Notes: generated from the letters alone by a model not told the origin. Positions 9,191-19,109 are shown, counted from the stretch's first letter. The stretch: DNA of 64,000 nucleotides from an uncultured Alphaproteobacteria bacterium (GCA_964276015.1 CAXYDO010000002.1:162151-226150); one strand, 5' to 3'. Numbers and translations: made by a program.

Positions 9191-9991
9191 ATGATTCAGA
9201 ATGACGTCCTGATCATCGATTCCGTAACCAAATTTGGCGACGCCCCACAAGGCCGGGTCGCCATCGCGGCGTCCCATGGTGGCGTCTATGCCGGATATCT
9301 CGCCGCGCGGGCTGGCATCCGTGGGGTCATCCTGCACGACGCGGGAATCGGCCGAAACGAAGCCGGAATCGCCTCTCTGCCCTATCTCGACGATCTGAGG
9401 ATCGCGGGTGCGACGATCGATTATCGCAGCGCCCGGATCGGTGACGGCGTAGGAATGGCCGCAACCGGCATCATCAGCCACGTGAACGAAACCGCCCGTT
9501 TGGCCGGCGGCACGGTTGGTCAGCTGGCCATAGAAACGGCCCTTGTGATGCAAACGGCACCAGGCGGCGATGGACCGGTTCCCAAATATGACGAAGCGCG
9601 TTTTGTTCTGCTTGAGACCTCCGGAAGGCCCACGGTCATCGGGTGCGATTCAACCTCGCTGGTCCGCCCCGAGGATGTTGGCCAGATTGTGATCACCGCC
9701 TCACACGGGGACCTGCTCAAGGAAGCTCCCAGTTGGGGGAACCGACCCGATGTACACGCGGCCGTCTTCAATGACGCGGGTGCCGAAGACCCGACCCGCC
9801 TGCCCGACCTCGACACGAGATCCATAGCCGCCGCGACGGTTTCGACCGATAGCGCACGAATTGGCGATGCGCGCTCCACTTATGAAGACGGCATGATCTC
9901 CCACGTCAACGCCACAGCGCATGCCCATGGCGCAGCACAAGGCATGACGTGCATCGCCTTCGTAGAATTGATGCGTGAGATCAACGCCTAG
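9191..9991 (+). CDS. Hypothetical protein (266 aa) built from two internally duplicated ~125-aa halves.
   Basis: GC-rich, host-like coding. Both halves share ...ASHGG/ASHGD...SARIGD(G/A)...G(I/M)ISHVN(E/A)TA... I did not recognise the family. It overlaps the convergent E1-beta gene by 4 nt. Confidence 0.55.
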   Translation: MIQNDVLIIDSVTKFGDAPQGRVAIAASHGGVYAGYLAARAGIRGVILHDAGIGRNEAGIASLPYLDDLRIAGATIDYRSARIGDGVGMAATGIISHVNETARLAGGTVGQLAIETALVMQTAPGGDGPVPKYDEARFVLLETSGRPTVIGCDSTSLVRPEDVGQIVITASHGDLLKEAPSWGNRPDVHAAVFNDAGAEDPTRLPDLDTRSIAAATVSTDSARIGDARSTYEDGMISHVNATAHAHGAAQGMTCIAFVELMREINA

Positions 9992-10953
9992 GCGAGCATT
10001 GCCTTGACCCGCGCTGCAATCCGGTCGGCCTTGATCTTGTAGGCTTCTTCGAGCGGGATCGAAAACGGGATCGGAATGCGTTCACCACCCAGCCGGGCCA
10101 CGGGAACCCCGAGCTCTTCGGCAACTTCGGCAGCGATTTCACCGCCGAATCCGCCGACCCGAACCGCTTCATGCACGACCAGCAGACGCCCGGTTTTGGC
10201 GACCGAGGCCATGATGCAGTCGCGGTCCCAGGGCCAGAGGGTGCGCAAATCGATCACCTCGACAGAAACACCTTCTCCGGCGAGCCGTTCTGCGGCTTCC
10301 GACACCACGCCGACCTGTGCTGCCCAGCTCACAAGAGTGATATCGCTGCCCTCGCAAACCGTCTTGGCGACCCCAAGCGGAATAGCCGACTGGTCGGCTT
10401 CATCGACCTCGCCAATGACGCCCCACAGCCCCTTGTGTTCCATGTAGACGACCGGGTCATCACAACGGATCGCCGATTTGAGCAATCCACGATTATCTGC
10501 CGGCGTCCCCGGCGTAACGACGACCAGACCGGGCACATGGGTGTACCAGGCTTCGGGTGACTGAGAATGCTGTGCAGCAATCCCGCCCCGAATCCCGATG
10601 GGCATTCGTGCCACCATCGGCACCCGCGCCTGGCCGCCAAACATATAACGGGCCTTGGCAGCCTGATTGACGAGTTCATCCACAGCGCACATGGCAAAGT
10701 CCGAGAAGCGCAATTCAGCGATCGGGCGTGTGCCGGCCATGGCGGCTCCCACGGCCGCCCCCATGATTGTAGATTCGGAAATCGGCGTATCGACGATGCG
10801 ATCCTCCCCGAACTCTGCCTGCAGGTCCATGTACTGACCCGCCATGCCGCCTTCATAGCCAAGGTCTTCCCCGAGCGCCCAAACGGTGGGATCGCGGTGC
10901 ATTTCTTCCTGAAGGCCCAGCCGGGCCGCCTGGGCGTAGGTCATCTCGCTCAT
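9988..10953 (-). CDS. 2-oxoacid dehydrogenase E1 component beta subunit (transketolase-like; AcoB/PdhB-type), copy 1.
   Basis: 321 aa with strong E1-beta motifs (...RIVDTPISESTIMGAAVGAAMAGTRPIAE...QHSQSPEAWYTHVPGL...). ATGA overlap with the upstream E1-alpha. Confidence 0.9.
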   Translation of the reverse strand: MSEMTYAQAARLGLQEEMHRDPTVWALGEDLGYEGGMAGQYMDLQAEFGEDRIVDTPISESTIMGAAVGAAMAGTRPIAELRFSDFAMCAVDELVNQAAKARYMFGGQARVPMVARMPIGIRGGIAAQHSQSPEAWYTHVPGLVVVTPGTPADNRGLLKSAIRCDDPVVYMEHKGLWGVIGEVDEADQSAIPLGVAKTVCEGSDITLVSWAAQVGVVSEAAERLAGEGVSVEVIDLRTLWPWDRDCIMASVAKTGRLLVVHEAVRVGGFGGEIAAEVAEELGVPVARLGGERIPIPFSIPLEEAYKIKADRIAARVKAMLA

Positions 10954-11969
10954 TGGATTGCCTCCGGCATCTTCGGCGCACCAACATCCTGAACATCGGT
11001 GAAAGCCAGCGAAGGATCAGGCCAGGGCGCGCCCTTGGCGTCTTTCACGTAGCCGGCGATCTCGGTATCAACCTCGGCGCGGATGCTTTCAAGTTCTTCC
11101 GGGGTCAGGCCGTTTGCCAGCAACCAGGTTTCCGTACGCCCCACCGGTTCGTTCGCGAGCGCAGCTTCGGCCTCGCCCTCGGGGCGATAACCCGCGGGAT
11201 CATGGGCAAAGTGGCCGCGCAATCGGTAGGTCATGGCCTGGATCAGCTGAGGACCGGACCCGTTGCGGATTTCAGAGACGATCCGCGCGGCCGTGCGATC
11301 AACCTCAAACAGATCATTGCCGTCGATCGTAATCGCCGGAAGGCCGAAACTCTCTGCCCGCTTGGCAATGCCTTCACCCGCGGTGACCTTTTTCGTGTGG
11401 GTGGTGGCTGCGATCTGATTGTTCTCACAAATAAACAACACCGGCAGCTCATAGACCTTGGCCCAGTTGAGAGCCTCCATGAACGGGCCCCGATTGATAC
11501 CGCCATCACCGATGAAATTGACGACGATCCGATCCTGCTTAAGCAGTTTAACCGCCTGAGCAGCGCCGACTGAAATCGTGCACCCATCGGCAATCACACC
11601 GTTGGCGCCCAGCATCCCGACGGAGAAATCCGCGATATGCATGGAACCGCCCTTGCCGTTACTAGTCCCGCCTTCTTTACCGAAAAGCTCCAACATCATG
11701 GCGCGAGGACGCGCCCCTTTGGCGATCGAATGACCGTGACCACGGTGATTGCTGGTGAGGTAATCGTCGTCACGGAGGTTCTCGCAGATCCCGACAGCGA
11801 TCGATTCTTCACCGATATACTGATGTACCGAACCACGCACATTGCCGGCGTGAAAGTTCTCACCCGCGGCCTCTTCAAAGGCACGGATAACCAGCATTTT
11901 ACGATACATTGCCGCAACGCGAGCGGGTTCGTTGGCTAGATTGCTTGTCACGTGACGCTCCCCCGTCAA
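10950..11969 (-). CDS. 2-oxoacid dehydrogenase E1 component alpha subunit (ThDP-binding; AcoA/PdhA-type), copy 1.
   Basis: 339 aa, with ...HRGHGHSIAKG...GGKGGSMHIADF...GDGGINRGPFMEALNWA... Confidence 0.9.
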   Translation of the reverse strand: MTGERHVTSNLANEPARVAAMYRKMLVIRAFEEAAGENFHAGNVRGSVHQYIGEESIAVGICENLRDDDYLTSNHRGHGHSIAKGARPRAMMLELFGKEGGTSNGKGGSMHIADFSVGMLGANGVIADGCTISVGAAQAVKLLKQDRIVVNFIGDGGINRGPFMEALNWAKVYELPVLFICENNQIAATTHTKKVTAGEGIAKRAESFGLPAITIDGNDLFEVDRTAARIVSEIRNGSGPQLIQAMTYRLRGHFAHDPAGYRPEGEAEAALANEPVGRTETWLLANGLTPEELESIRAEVDTEIAGYVKDAKGAPWPDPSLAFTDVQDVGAPKMPEAIQ

Positions 11970-12078
11970 TTTTTCATGGCCGACGCGTTTTCCCGCGAAG
12001 GTTCGGTGATACTATCGCGCCAGAATAACGACCGGGTAAAGCACCTGTGCAGATCGGTCGGCACTCAGGGGAATCAGA

Positions 12079-13833
12079 ATGAGCGATACAGCTGCAGACG
12101 GTGGCAACGTCAAAATCGAGATGAGCGGCGGCGAAGCCATCGCCGAAATGTTCAAGCTGCATGATGTCGGGCCGATGTTCGGCATGGCCGGTTTCCAGCT
12201 ACTCCCCTTCTATGATGCGGTGCGCGAACTTGGCCTGAAGCACACCCTGATCAACGATGAGCGCAGCGGTGCTTTCATGGCAGATGCCTGGGCGCGGGTG
12301 ACCGGACGGCCCGGCGTGTGTGACGCGACCCTGGGGCCCGGCGCGACAAACCTGCTGACCTCTCTCACAGAATCTCTGAACGCGGGTATTCCCATGATCG
12401 CCATGATCGGTGACAGCAATCGGGAACATTCCTGGAAGAACATGACCCAGGAGACCCGGCAGGTCGAAATGCTGCGCCCGGCGGTCAAGGAAGTGATCCG
12501 CGTCGAGGTCGGCACCCGCATTCCCGAGCATATTCGCTACGCCTACACCGTTGCGACGACCGGACGCCCCGGCCCAGTGTTGCTCGATGTACCCGAAGAC
12601 ATCTGCCACGGTGTTTTCGAATTCTCTGCCGACGATTTGTTCGCCGACCCGACGACCACCAATGCGCCATCACGGCGCTCCCGCCCGGCGCGGGACGATG
12701 TAGAACGCGCCGCGAAATTACTCGCCGACGCCAAGCGTCCCGTCATCCTCGCAGGTGGTGGCATACATATTTCCGGGGCCCAGGACGAACTGACGGCTTT
12801 TGCCGAAGAACAAGCCATCCCGGTCGGACATACGCTTTCGGGCAAAGGCTCGATCGCTTGCGTACATGACCTCTCGCTTGGGCTGTTTGGCCGATATTCC
12901 CGCACCGCCAATGACATTCTGGACACCGCCGATGCGATTTTCGTGGTCGGCTGCAAGCTCGGGGAAATCGCCACAAAGCGTTATACGATTCCCCGGCCAG
13001 GTATTCCGATCATTCATCTCGACATCATGGCGGCCGAGATCGGTCGCTGGGCCCGCACGGATATCGCGCTTTGCGGTGATGCGCGCGAAGGCATCGCGGA
13101 TTTGCGCGAAGCACTTTCTGACGGCGCGGAAAAACGCCGGGCGTCCCGCGCAGACTTCATCACGGAAATTTCGGCCGGAAAGGCCAAATGGCGTGCCGAA
13201 GTCGAAGAACGGCTGACCTCAGACGAGGTGCCGGTCAACATGGCGCGCATGGTCCATGAGCTGAACAACGTCCTGCCGGAAGACGCAATCCTGGTCGCCG
13301 ATGGTGGCTTTGCCGCCCATTGGACCGGCCTGATTTATGACACCAAGAAAGCCGGACGGGGCTATATCCCGGATCGGGGCATGGCCTCCATCGGCTATGG
13401 CGTCTCCGGTGGCATCGGCGCCCAGCTGGCCGCGCCGGATCGTCCGGTCTTCACCCTCACCGGTGACGGGGGGCTGAACATGACCCTCGGTGATCTTGAA
13501 ACCGCGGCCCGCCTCAAGGTTCCGGTCACGGTGCTGGTCGTGAACAACGCCGCGTCGGGCTACATCAAGGCATTGCAGCACGCGATGTTCGGCGGTCGCT
13601 ATCAATCCGCAGATCTGTCGGAGTTGAACTACGCCAACATCGCCGAAAATCTCGGCTGTCGCGGCATTCGGGTAGAGCACCCTGACCAGCTGGCACCTGC
13701 CTTACGCACGGCCCTGGAAAATCGCGACAAGCCCAATGTGATCGACATCGTTGTGACCCGCGATGCCGGCAAGATGCTGCCCGGTGTCGACAACCGCACA
13801 GCCCCGATCAAAAAAGGCGACCGGATCGCATAA
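12079..13833 (+). CDS. Thiamine-diphosphate-dependent enzyme of the acetolactate synthase / sulfoacetaldehyde acetyltransferase superfamily (three-domain ThDP enzyme).
   Basis: 584 aa, with GGEAIAEMFKLHDV...GPGATNL...LTGDGGLNMTLGDLETA... RBS gggga before the ATG. Transcribed divergently from the copy-1 E1 alpha/beta pair. Confidence 0.9.
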   Translation: MSDTAADGGNVKIEMSGGEAIAEMFKLHDVGPMFGMAGFQLLPFYDAVRELGLKHTLINDERSGAFMADAWARVTGRPGVCDATLGPGATNLLTSLTESLNAGIPMIAMIGDSNREHSWKNMTQETRQVEMLRPAVKEVIRVEVGTRIPEHIRYAYTVATTGRPGPVLLDVPEDICHGVFEFSADDLFADPTTTNAPSRRSRPARDDVERAAKLLADAKRPVILAGGGIHISGAQDELTAFAEEQAIPVGHTLSGKGSIACVHDLSLGLFGRYSRTANDILDTADAIFVVGCKLGEIATKRYTIPRPGIPIIHLDIMAAEIGRWARTDIALCGDAREGIADLREALSDGAEKRRASRADFITEISAGKAKWRAEVEERLTSDEVPVNMARMVHELNNVLPEDAILVADGGFAAHWTGLIYDTKKAGRGYIPDRGMASIGYGVSGGIGAQLAAPDRPVFTLTGDGGLNMTLGDLETAARLKVPVTVLVVNNAASGYIKALQHAMFGGRYQSADLSELNYANIAENLGCRGIRVEHPDQLAPALRTALENRDKPNVIDIVVTRDAGKMLPGVDNRTAPIKKGDRIA

Positions 13834-13844
13834 GGAGACAACCG

Positions 13845-14861
13845 ATGAGCGAGACAGCAGCGCGCGAGAACAAGCCCGCGCATATTTTCGAACTCTACAA
13901 AACCATGTGCCTGATCCGTGCCTTCGAAGAGAAGTCGGAAATCGCCTTCGACGAAGGCTTTATCAACGGATCGATCCACCAGTATATCGGCCAAGAAGCG
14001 GTCGGCACCGGGGTGTGCAGCAACCTTCGCAAGACCGACTACATTCTTTCAAACCATCGCGGGCACGGCCACTCCATCGCCAAGGGCGCTGATCCGAAAG
14101 CCATGATGAAAGAACTAATGGGGCGTGTCGGGGGCACCAGCGGGGCCAAAGGCGGCTCGATGCATATCGCGGATTTCTCCGTCGGCATGCTGGGGGCCAA
14201 CGGCGTGCTCGCCGACGGCCTGACCATGGGGGTCGGCGCTGCGCAGGCCATCAGCATCAAGGGTGAAGACAACATTGTTACCGTGTTCGTCGGCGACGGG
14301 ACGACCAATCGCGGACCGTTCTATGAAGCCCTCAACTGGGCCATGGTCTTTGAACTCCCAATTCTGTTTGTTTGCGAAAACAATACCTACGCCTCCTCGA
14401 CCTTGACCCGCAGCGTGACGGCCGGCGACGGTCCGGTCGCGCGCGCCAAGGCTTTTGGCATGCCGGCCTTTGATGTGGACGGGAATGACATTTCAGCCGT
14501 CGACGAGTTGGCGGCGGACCTGATCTCTCGCGTGCGCAGCGAACAGGGCCCGCACTTCCTTCACGCCCGGACCTATCGGGTGAAGGGGCATATCTCACGC
14601 GATAAGCTGTTGTATCGCCGGGACGGTGAAACCGCAGAAAACTTGGAGAACGAACCCCTTGCCCGTTGTGCCGGATGGCTTTCAGAGAACGGGATCGAGG
14701 AAGCCGATTTGCGTGCCGCACATGGCCAAGCCTATGCCCGGATCGATACCGCGGTGGAAGCCGCCAAGGCATCCCCCTTTCCCGATGCCGCGCTTGCCTA
14801 CGCCGATGTACAGGATTTCGGCCCGCCCGAACCCTGGACAAGTACGGGAGGTGCGTCATGA
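13845..14861 (+). CDS. 2-oxoacid dehydrogenase E1 alpha subunit, copy 2 (paralogue of 10950..11969).
   Basis: 338 aa. It has the same motif set as copy 1 (HRGHGHSIAKG, GGSMHIADF, GDGTTNRGPFYEALNWA), diverged to roughly 55-60% identity by eye. RBS aaggagacaacc. Confidence 0.9.
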   Translation: MSETAARENKPAHIFELYKTMCLIRAFEEKSEIAFDEGFINGSIHQYIGQEAVGTGVCSNLRKTDYILSNHRGHGHSIAKGADPKAMMKELMGRVGGTSGAKGGSMHIADFSVGMLGANGVLADGLTMGVGAAQAISIKGEDNIVTVFVGDGTTNRGPFYEALNWAMVFELPILFVCENNTYASSTLTRSVTAGDGPVARAKAFGMPAFDVDGNDISAVDELAADLISRVRSEQGPHFLHARTYRVKGHISRDKLLYRRDGETAENLENEPLARCAGWLSENGIEEADLRAAHGQAYARIDTAVEAAKASPFPDAALAYADVQDFGPPEPWTSTGGAS

Positions 14862-15841
14862 CCGAGATGACTTTTGCTGATGCGGTCCGTGAAGGACTGG
14901 CCGAGGAAATGCGACGGGACCCGTTGGTCTGGGCGCTGGGAGAAGATCTCTCGACCGCCCATGGTGGCACGAGCGCCAACCAGTATCTGGGTCTGATTGA
15001 CGAATTTGGTCCCAAGCGCATCGTTAACACGCCGATCTCCGAGAATACGATCATGGGTGCTGCGGTGGGTGCTGCGGTTGCCGGCACACGGCCGGTTGCT
15101 GATTTACGCATGGCGGATTTCGGCATGTGCGCGGTTGATGAGCTGGTCAACCAGGCCGCCAAGATCCGCTACATGTTTGGCGGTCAGGCTCGCGTGCCAC
15201 TTGTGGTCCGGCAGGCCATCGGCATGCGCAAGGGCAGTGCCGCACAACACTCCCAGTCCACCGAAGCCTGGTACGTCCACACACCAGGCCTCGTCGTCGT
15301 TGCCCCGGGAACCCCAGCAGACGGACGTGGCCTTCTAAAGGCGTCCATTCGCGCCGACGACCCGGTGGTGTTCATGGAACACAAGGACCTCTGGATTTCC
15401 AAAGGAGATGTGCCCGATGATGAAGGTGTGGTCCTAATCGGGGTCGCTAAAACCCTGCACGAGGGCACCGACCTAACCATCGTGTCCTGGTCACGCATGG
15501 CCCATCTGGCCGTTGAGGCCGCTGAAATTCTCGCCGGCGACGGCGCCTCTGTCGAAGTCATCGACTTGCGCACCCTGTGGCCCTGGGACAAAGACGCAGT
15601 TTATGCGTCGATCAAGAAAACCGGACGCCTGCTTGTGGCTCAGGAAGCTGTTCAGGTTGGCGGCTTTGCCGCAGAAATCATGGCGGACGTGTCGGAGAAC
15701 CGCCCGAACGATTTGAAAACCCATGCCCGGCGCATTGGTGCACCGCGCATGCCTGTCCCTTATGCTGAACCCATGGAAAACGAATTCCGGGTTACAACCG
15801 AACGCGTGGTCGCCAAGGCCCGCGAAGTTCTAGATGCCTGA
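14858..15841 (+). CDS. 2-oxoacid dehydrogenase E1 beta subunit, copy 2 (paralogue of 9988..10953).
   Basis: The ATG at 14858 overlaps the E1-alpha stop (ATGA). The 327-aa product MTEMTFADAVREGLAEEMRRDPLVWALGEDL... is parallel to copy 1. The track's longer ORF from 14666 is a non-coding upstream extension. Confidence 0.9.
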   Translation: MTEMTFADAVREGLAEEMRRDPLVWALGEDLSTAHGGTSANQYLGLIDEFGPKRIVNTPISENTIMGAAVGAAVAGTRPVADLRMADFGMCAVDELVNQAAKIRYMFGGQARVPLVVRQAIGMRKGSAAQHSQSTEAWYVHTPGLVVVAPGTPADGRGLLKASIRADDPVVFMEHKDLWISKGDVPDDEGVVLIGVAKTLHEGTDLTIVSWSRMAHLAVEAAEILAGDGASVEVIDLRTLWPWDKDAVYASIKKTGRLLVAQEAVQVGGFAAEIMADVSENRPNDLKTHARRIGAPRMPVPYAEPMENEFRVTTERVVAKAREVLDA

Positions 15842-15856
15842 ACAGGAAACCAGATT

Positions 15857-16711
15857 ATGAAATTGACTACCTTTGATGCCGGCAACGGCGCGCGTGTTGG
15901 TCTTGTCACCGATGCCGGTGTTGTCGATTTGACCCAGCATGCGGGTGTGACCTCCCTGCGAGGCCTGATCGCCGGCGGCAAGGTCGCTGATATGTCCGCC
16001 TATGCGGGTGCCGCTGCTGACCACGCCCTTGATGACGTGACCTTCCTGCCAGTCATTCCCGACCCGGAGCATATCTGGTGCGTCGGCGTGAACTATATGG
16101 ATCATCTGCAGGAGGCGATCGATGCTGGCCTGCCCCGTTCGAAATCCGAATCCCCGATGATCTTCGGTCGCTACGCCGACACCATGGTCGGCCACAAACA
16201 GAATCTGATGAAGGCGCCGATCGTCCAGAAGCTCGACTATGAGTGCGAGCTCGCCGTGATTATCGGCAAGGGTGGGCGTTATATCGCCAAGGAAGATGCC
16301 CTGTCACACATCGCAGGATATTCCTGCTTCAATGAGGGCAGTGCCCGCGATTGGCAGTACCACACCTCCCAGGTCGTCCCCGGCAAAAACTTCGCCAAGA
16401 CCGGCGGGTTCGGTCCCTGGATGGTCACAGCCGACGAAATCCCCGACCCTCAGGTGCTCGATATCTCCACCGTGCTGAACGGACAGACGATGCAAAGCGC
16501 CAACACAAAAGACATGATCTTCGACGTGGCGACGGTGATCTCCTATGTCTCGAACATCTCCGAGTTGCAGCCCGGTGACGTGATCGCCTCTGGCACCCCC
16601 TCGGGCGTCGGACAGTCCCGCGAGCCGCAGGTATTCATGCAGCCCGGAGACACCTGTGAGATCCATATCGAGAATGTGGGTGTTCTGGTGAACGAGATCG
16701 CCGAGGGATAA
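15857..16711 (+). CDS. Fumarylacetoacetate hydrolase (FAH) family protein (2-keto-4-pentenoate hydratase / HpcE-like).
   Basis: 284 aa, with ...WCVGVNYMDH...ELAVIIGKGG...GDVIASGTPSGVG... RBS aggaaacc. Confidence 0.9.
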   Translation: MKLTTFDAGNGARVGLVTDAGVVDLTQHAGVTSLRGLIAGGKVADMSAYAGAAADHALDDVTFLPVIPDPEHIWCVGVNYMDHLQEAIDAGLPRSKSESPMIFGRYADTMVGHKQNLMKAPIVQKLDYECELAVIIGKGGRYIAKEDALSHIAGYSCFNEGSARDWQYHTSQVVPGKNFAKTGGFGPWMVTADEIPDPQVLDISTVLNGQTMQSANTKDMIFDVATVISYVSNISELQPGDVIASGTPSGVGQSREPQVFMQPGDTCEIHIENVGVLVNEIAEG

Positions 16712-16715
16712 AGGC

Positions 16716-17636
16716 CTAAGCCGCTTTCCGCAGCCCAAACAAACGCCCGTCGATCAGCGTCAGACCCAGCGCGATGAAAGCCATCCCGATGGCCTGCTCT
16801 GTGGTCAAAGTCTCTCCGAGGATAAAAATTCCGAGGAGGAGCGCGCTGATAGGCACCAGGAAGTTCACCAGCAGGATGTTGATCGCACCTGCTGTCGCCA
16901 GAATGCGGAAATAGATCAGATAGGCGAACGACGTCGAGATCACCGCGAGCCCAATCATCGCACCCCAGGCGGGCAGGCCCGGATTGGCGATATTCCAGGG
17001 TTGCTCGAACAGCAGTGCAACGGGCAGTAGCAGCACAACCGACATCGACATCTGTCCGGTGGCCACGACCAGCGGCGGGACTTTGCGGGCCGCGAAACGC
17101 CGTCCGTAGATCGCCGAAATCGCATACAGGAAAGCAGCGCCCAGAATCGCGAGCTGTCCCAAAAGGTCACTTCCCAGGTCACCGAGCAGCTGCGGACCAA
17201 TCAGGAATACGACCCCGGTAAGCCCCGCGACCACCCCCAGCGCTTTGCCGACGGTAAAACCTTCGTCCTGGGTAAAATAATGCGCCGCGATAACGGCAAA
17301 GAGCGGCGTGGTCGCGATCAGAATTGATGCCAGCCCCCCGGTGATATGCACCTGTCCCCAGACGATCAGGAAAAACGGTACCGCTGAATTGGTTGCAGCC
17401 ATGATCAGCAGCGCGAACCAGGTCTCCCGCTCACGAGGCACATGCACGCCAGTTGCCAGGATGGCGACCCAGAGAATGGCCGCGGCCAGGGACACCCGAA
17501 ACAGGATGATCAGCAGTGGCGGCACATCAGGGATTGCGATCTCATTGAAAAAGAACGTGCAGCCCCAGCACGCACCCAGAATGAAAAGAAGGACCCACTC
17601 AGACGGGGTCATCCGAAGATCGCTAGTTTTTGCCAT
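16716..17636 (-). CDS. DMT-superfamily (EamA-type) transporter.
   Basis: 306 aa, 10-TM hydrophobic profile, duplicated EamA halves. Confidence 0.85.
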   Translation of the reverse strand: MAKTSDLRMTPSEWVLLFILGACWGCTFFFNEIAIPDVPPLLIILFRVSLAAAILWVAILATGVHVPRERETWFALLIMAATNSAVPFFLIVWGQVHITGGLASILIATTPLFAVIAAHYFTQDEGFTVGKALGVVAGLTGVVFLIGPQLLGDLGSDLLGQLAILGAAFLYAISAIYGRRFAARKVPPLVVATGQMSMSVVLLLPVALLFEQPWNIANPGLPAWGAMIGLAVISTSFAYLIYFRILATAGAINILLVNFLVPISALLLGIFILGETLTTEQAIGMAFIALGLTLIDGRLFGLRKAA

Positions 17637-17640
17637 CAGG

Positions 17641-18321
17641 TCAGGCCGTCAGCTCGGCTTTGAGCTTCGCGACGGCGGTATAGGGCGCGGTAAAGACCGG
17701 CCGCCCTTCGATGGGCGTAATCTTGCGCGGCACCAGCCCCATCGAAAACTGGCCGAGCATCAGGCTTTCGCAGTCGGTCATGGACGCGGCTGACGTCACC
17801 ACCAGATCGTCATGGGCCGGGCGATCCCCTTCCAGCAGAATTTCAAAGGCCCCATCAGCCACATCACTGATCAGGTCATAGGTAAGATCATGGGCTGCGG
17901 CATAACTGACAATATCGTCGGACAGACATTTGATCGTGCCCGGCGTCGTCGCGAGAATACCCAGCCGGTTTCCTTGCCCGAAAGCCGCCTCGATCATGGC
18001 CTCGTAGGAGGTCAGCACGGGGATATCCATTCCCTCGCGCCCGGCTTCGACCAGACGCCCAAACACAGAGCCACAGAAGATCACCGCATCCGCGCCGGTA
18101 TTCTGGCTATAGCGCAAGAGCCGTGCGATCCGGGCGTAGCATTCCTCGGGCATGACATCGGGCACGGTCATGTCGTCATTGATGAAGTCCGCATAAAGCG
18201 ACTGGTCAAGCACGCAGACCGGCTCGGCCTCAGGCCAGAGTTCGGCAAACGCTGCGCGCACCGTCGGAAAGGCGACTTCCGTGGGGGAAACAACACCGAT
18301 ACGCGGGGATGATCTGGACAT
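17641..18321 (-). CDS. Asp/Glu/hydantoin racemase superfamily protein (AroM / arylmalonate decarboxylase-like).
   Basis: 227 aa from the internal ATG at 18319-18321 (MSRSSPRIGVVSPT...). The conserved ...ADAVIFCGSVFGR...GILATTPGT...CESLMLGQFSM... pattern is present. Tandem paralogue of the next gene. Confidence 0.8.
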   Translation of the reverse strand: MSRSSPRIGVVSPTEVAFPTVRAAFAELWPEAEPVCVLDQSLYADFINDDMTVPDVMPEECYARIARLLRYSQNTGADAVIFCGSVFGRLVEAGREGMDIPVLTSYEAMIEAAFGQGNRLGILATTPGTIKCLSDDIVSYAAAHDLTYDLISDVADGAFEILLEGDRPAHDDLVVTSAASMTDCESLMLGQFSMGLVPRKITPIEGRPVFTAPYTAVAKLKAELTA

Positions 18322-18326
18322 GGTCG

Positions 18327-18983
18327 CTAAGCTCCCAACAGCCGCTTGAGCTTGCGCACAGATGTATGCGGTGCGGTCAGCACCGGACGGTGCGGCATAT
18401 CGGTGAACTGCTTGACCGCGCTGGTCATGGAGAACTGCCCCAACATCAGACAGTCGCACTCGGTCATCCGGTCGGCGGCATCGGCCACCATGCGGTCATG
18501 GGTTTCTACATCGCCAGCCAGGATGATCGGCCGCGCCGCATCCTCCACAAGCTGAACCAGGGTATAGGGCTTACTGTGCTCCTGGGAGTAACGCTCGATA
18601 TCGTCGAGCAGGCATTGCAGCGATCCCGACACGGTGGTCAGGATGCCGAAACGGGACCCGGCGGCAAACGCCTCCTCAATCATGGATTCCTGGGCGCTGA
18701 GGACCGGCACGGTGATCTGCTCGCGGGTGGCTTCCACGACGCGGCCAAACACCGAGCCACAGAACACGATCCCGTCGGCGCCAAAATTCTGGGCGTATTG
18801 GAGCAGCACCAGCATGCGTTCATAGGTCTCGTCCGTGACCCCTTTGCCGCCGCCGTAATCGGCGTAAAGGGATTCATCGAGCACCGTGATCGGCTCGCAT
18901 TCCGGCCAAACGTCGGCAAAGGCCTCGGCCACGGCGTCCATCGCGTTATCCATGGGGGTGATAACCCCGATACGTGCTGACAT
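18327..18983 (-). CDS. Asp/Glu/hydantoin racemase superfamily protein, tandem paralogue.
   Basis: 218 aa (MSARIGVITPM...GADGIVFCGSVFGRV...GILTTVSGS...CDCLMLGQFSM...). 5-nt spacer to the downstream paralogue. Confidence 0.8.
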   Translation of the reverse strand: MSARIGVITPMDNAMDAVAEAFADVWPECEPITVLDESLYADYGGGKGVTDETYERMLVLLQYAQNFGADGIVFCGSVFGRVVEATREQITVPVLSAQESMIEEAFAAGSRFGILTTVSGSLQCLLDDIERYSQEHSKPYTLVQLVEDAARPIILAGDVETHDRMVADAADRMTECDCLMLGQFSMTSAVKQFTDMPHRPVLTAPHTSVRKLKRLLGA

Positions 18984-19109
18984 GTAAATTCTCCGTAAAT
19001 CAGGCGGACACTCTAGGCCTGACGCAAGAGCGCGTAAATCTGGCGCAAAGCGACCAGACAGGTCAAAATCGCGGCTCTTACCGAAAACGCCGCATCAAGG
19101 ATCGAAGAC

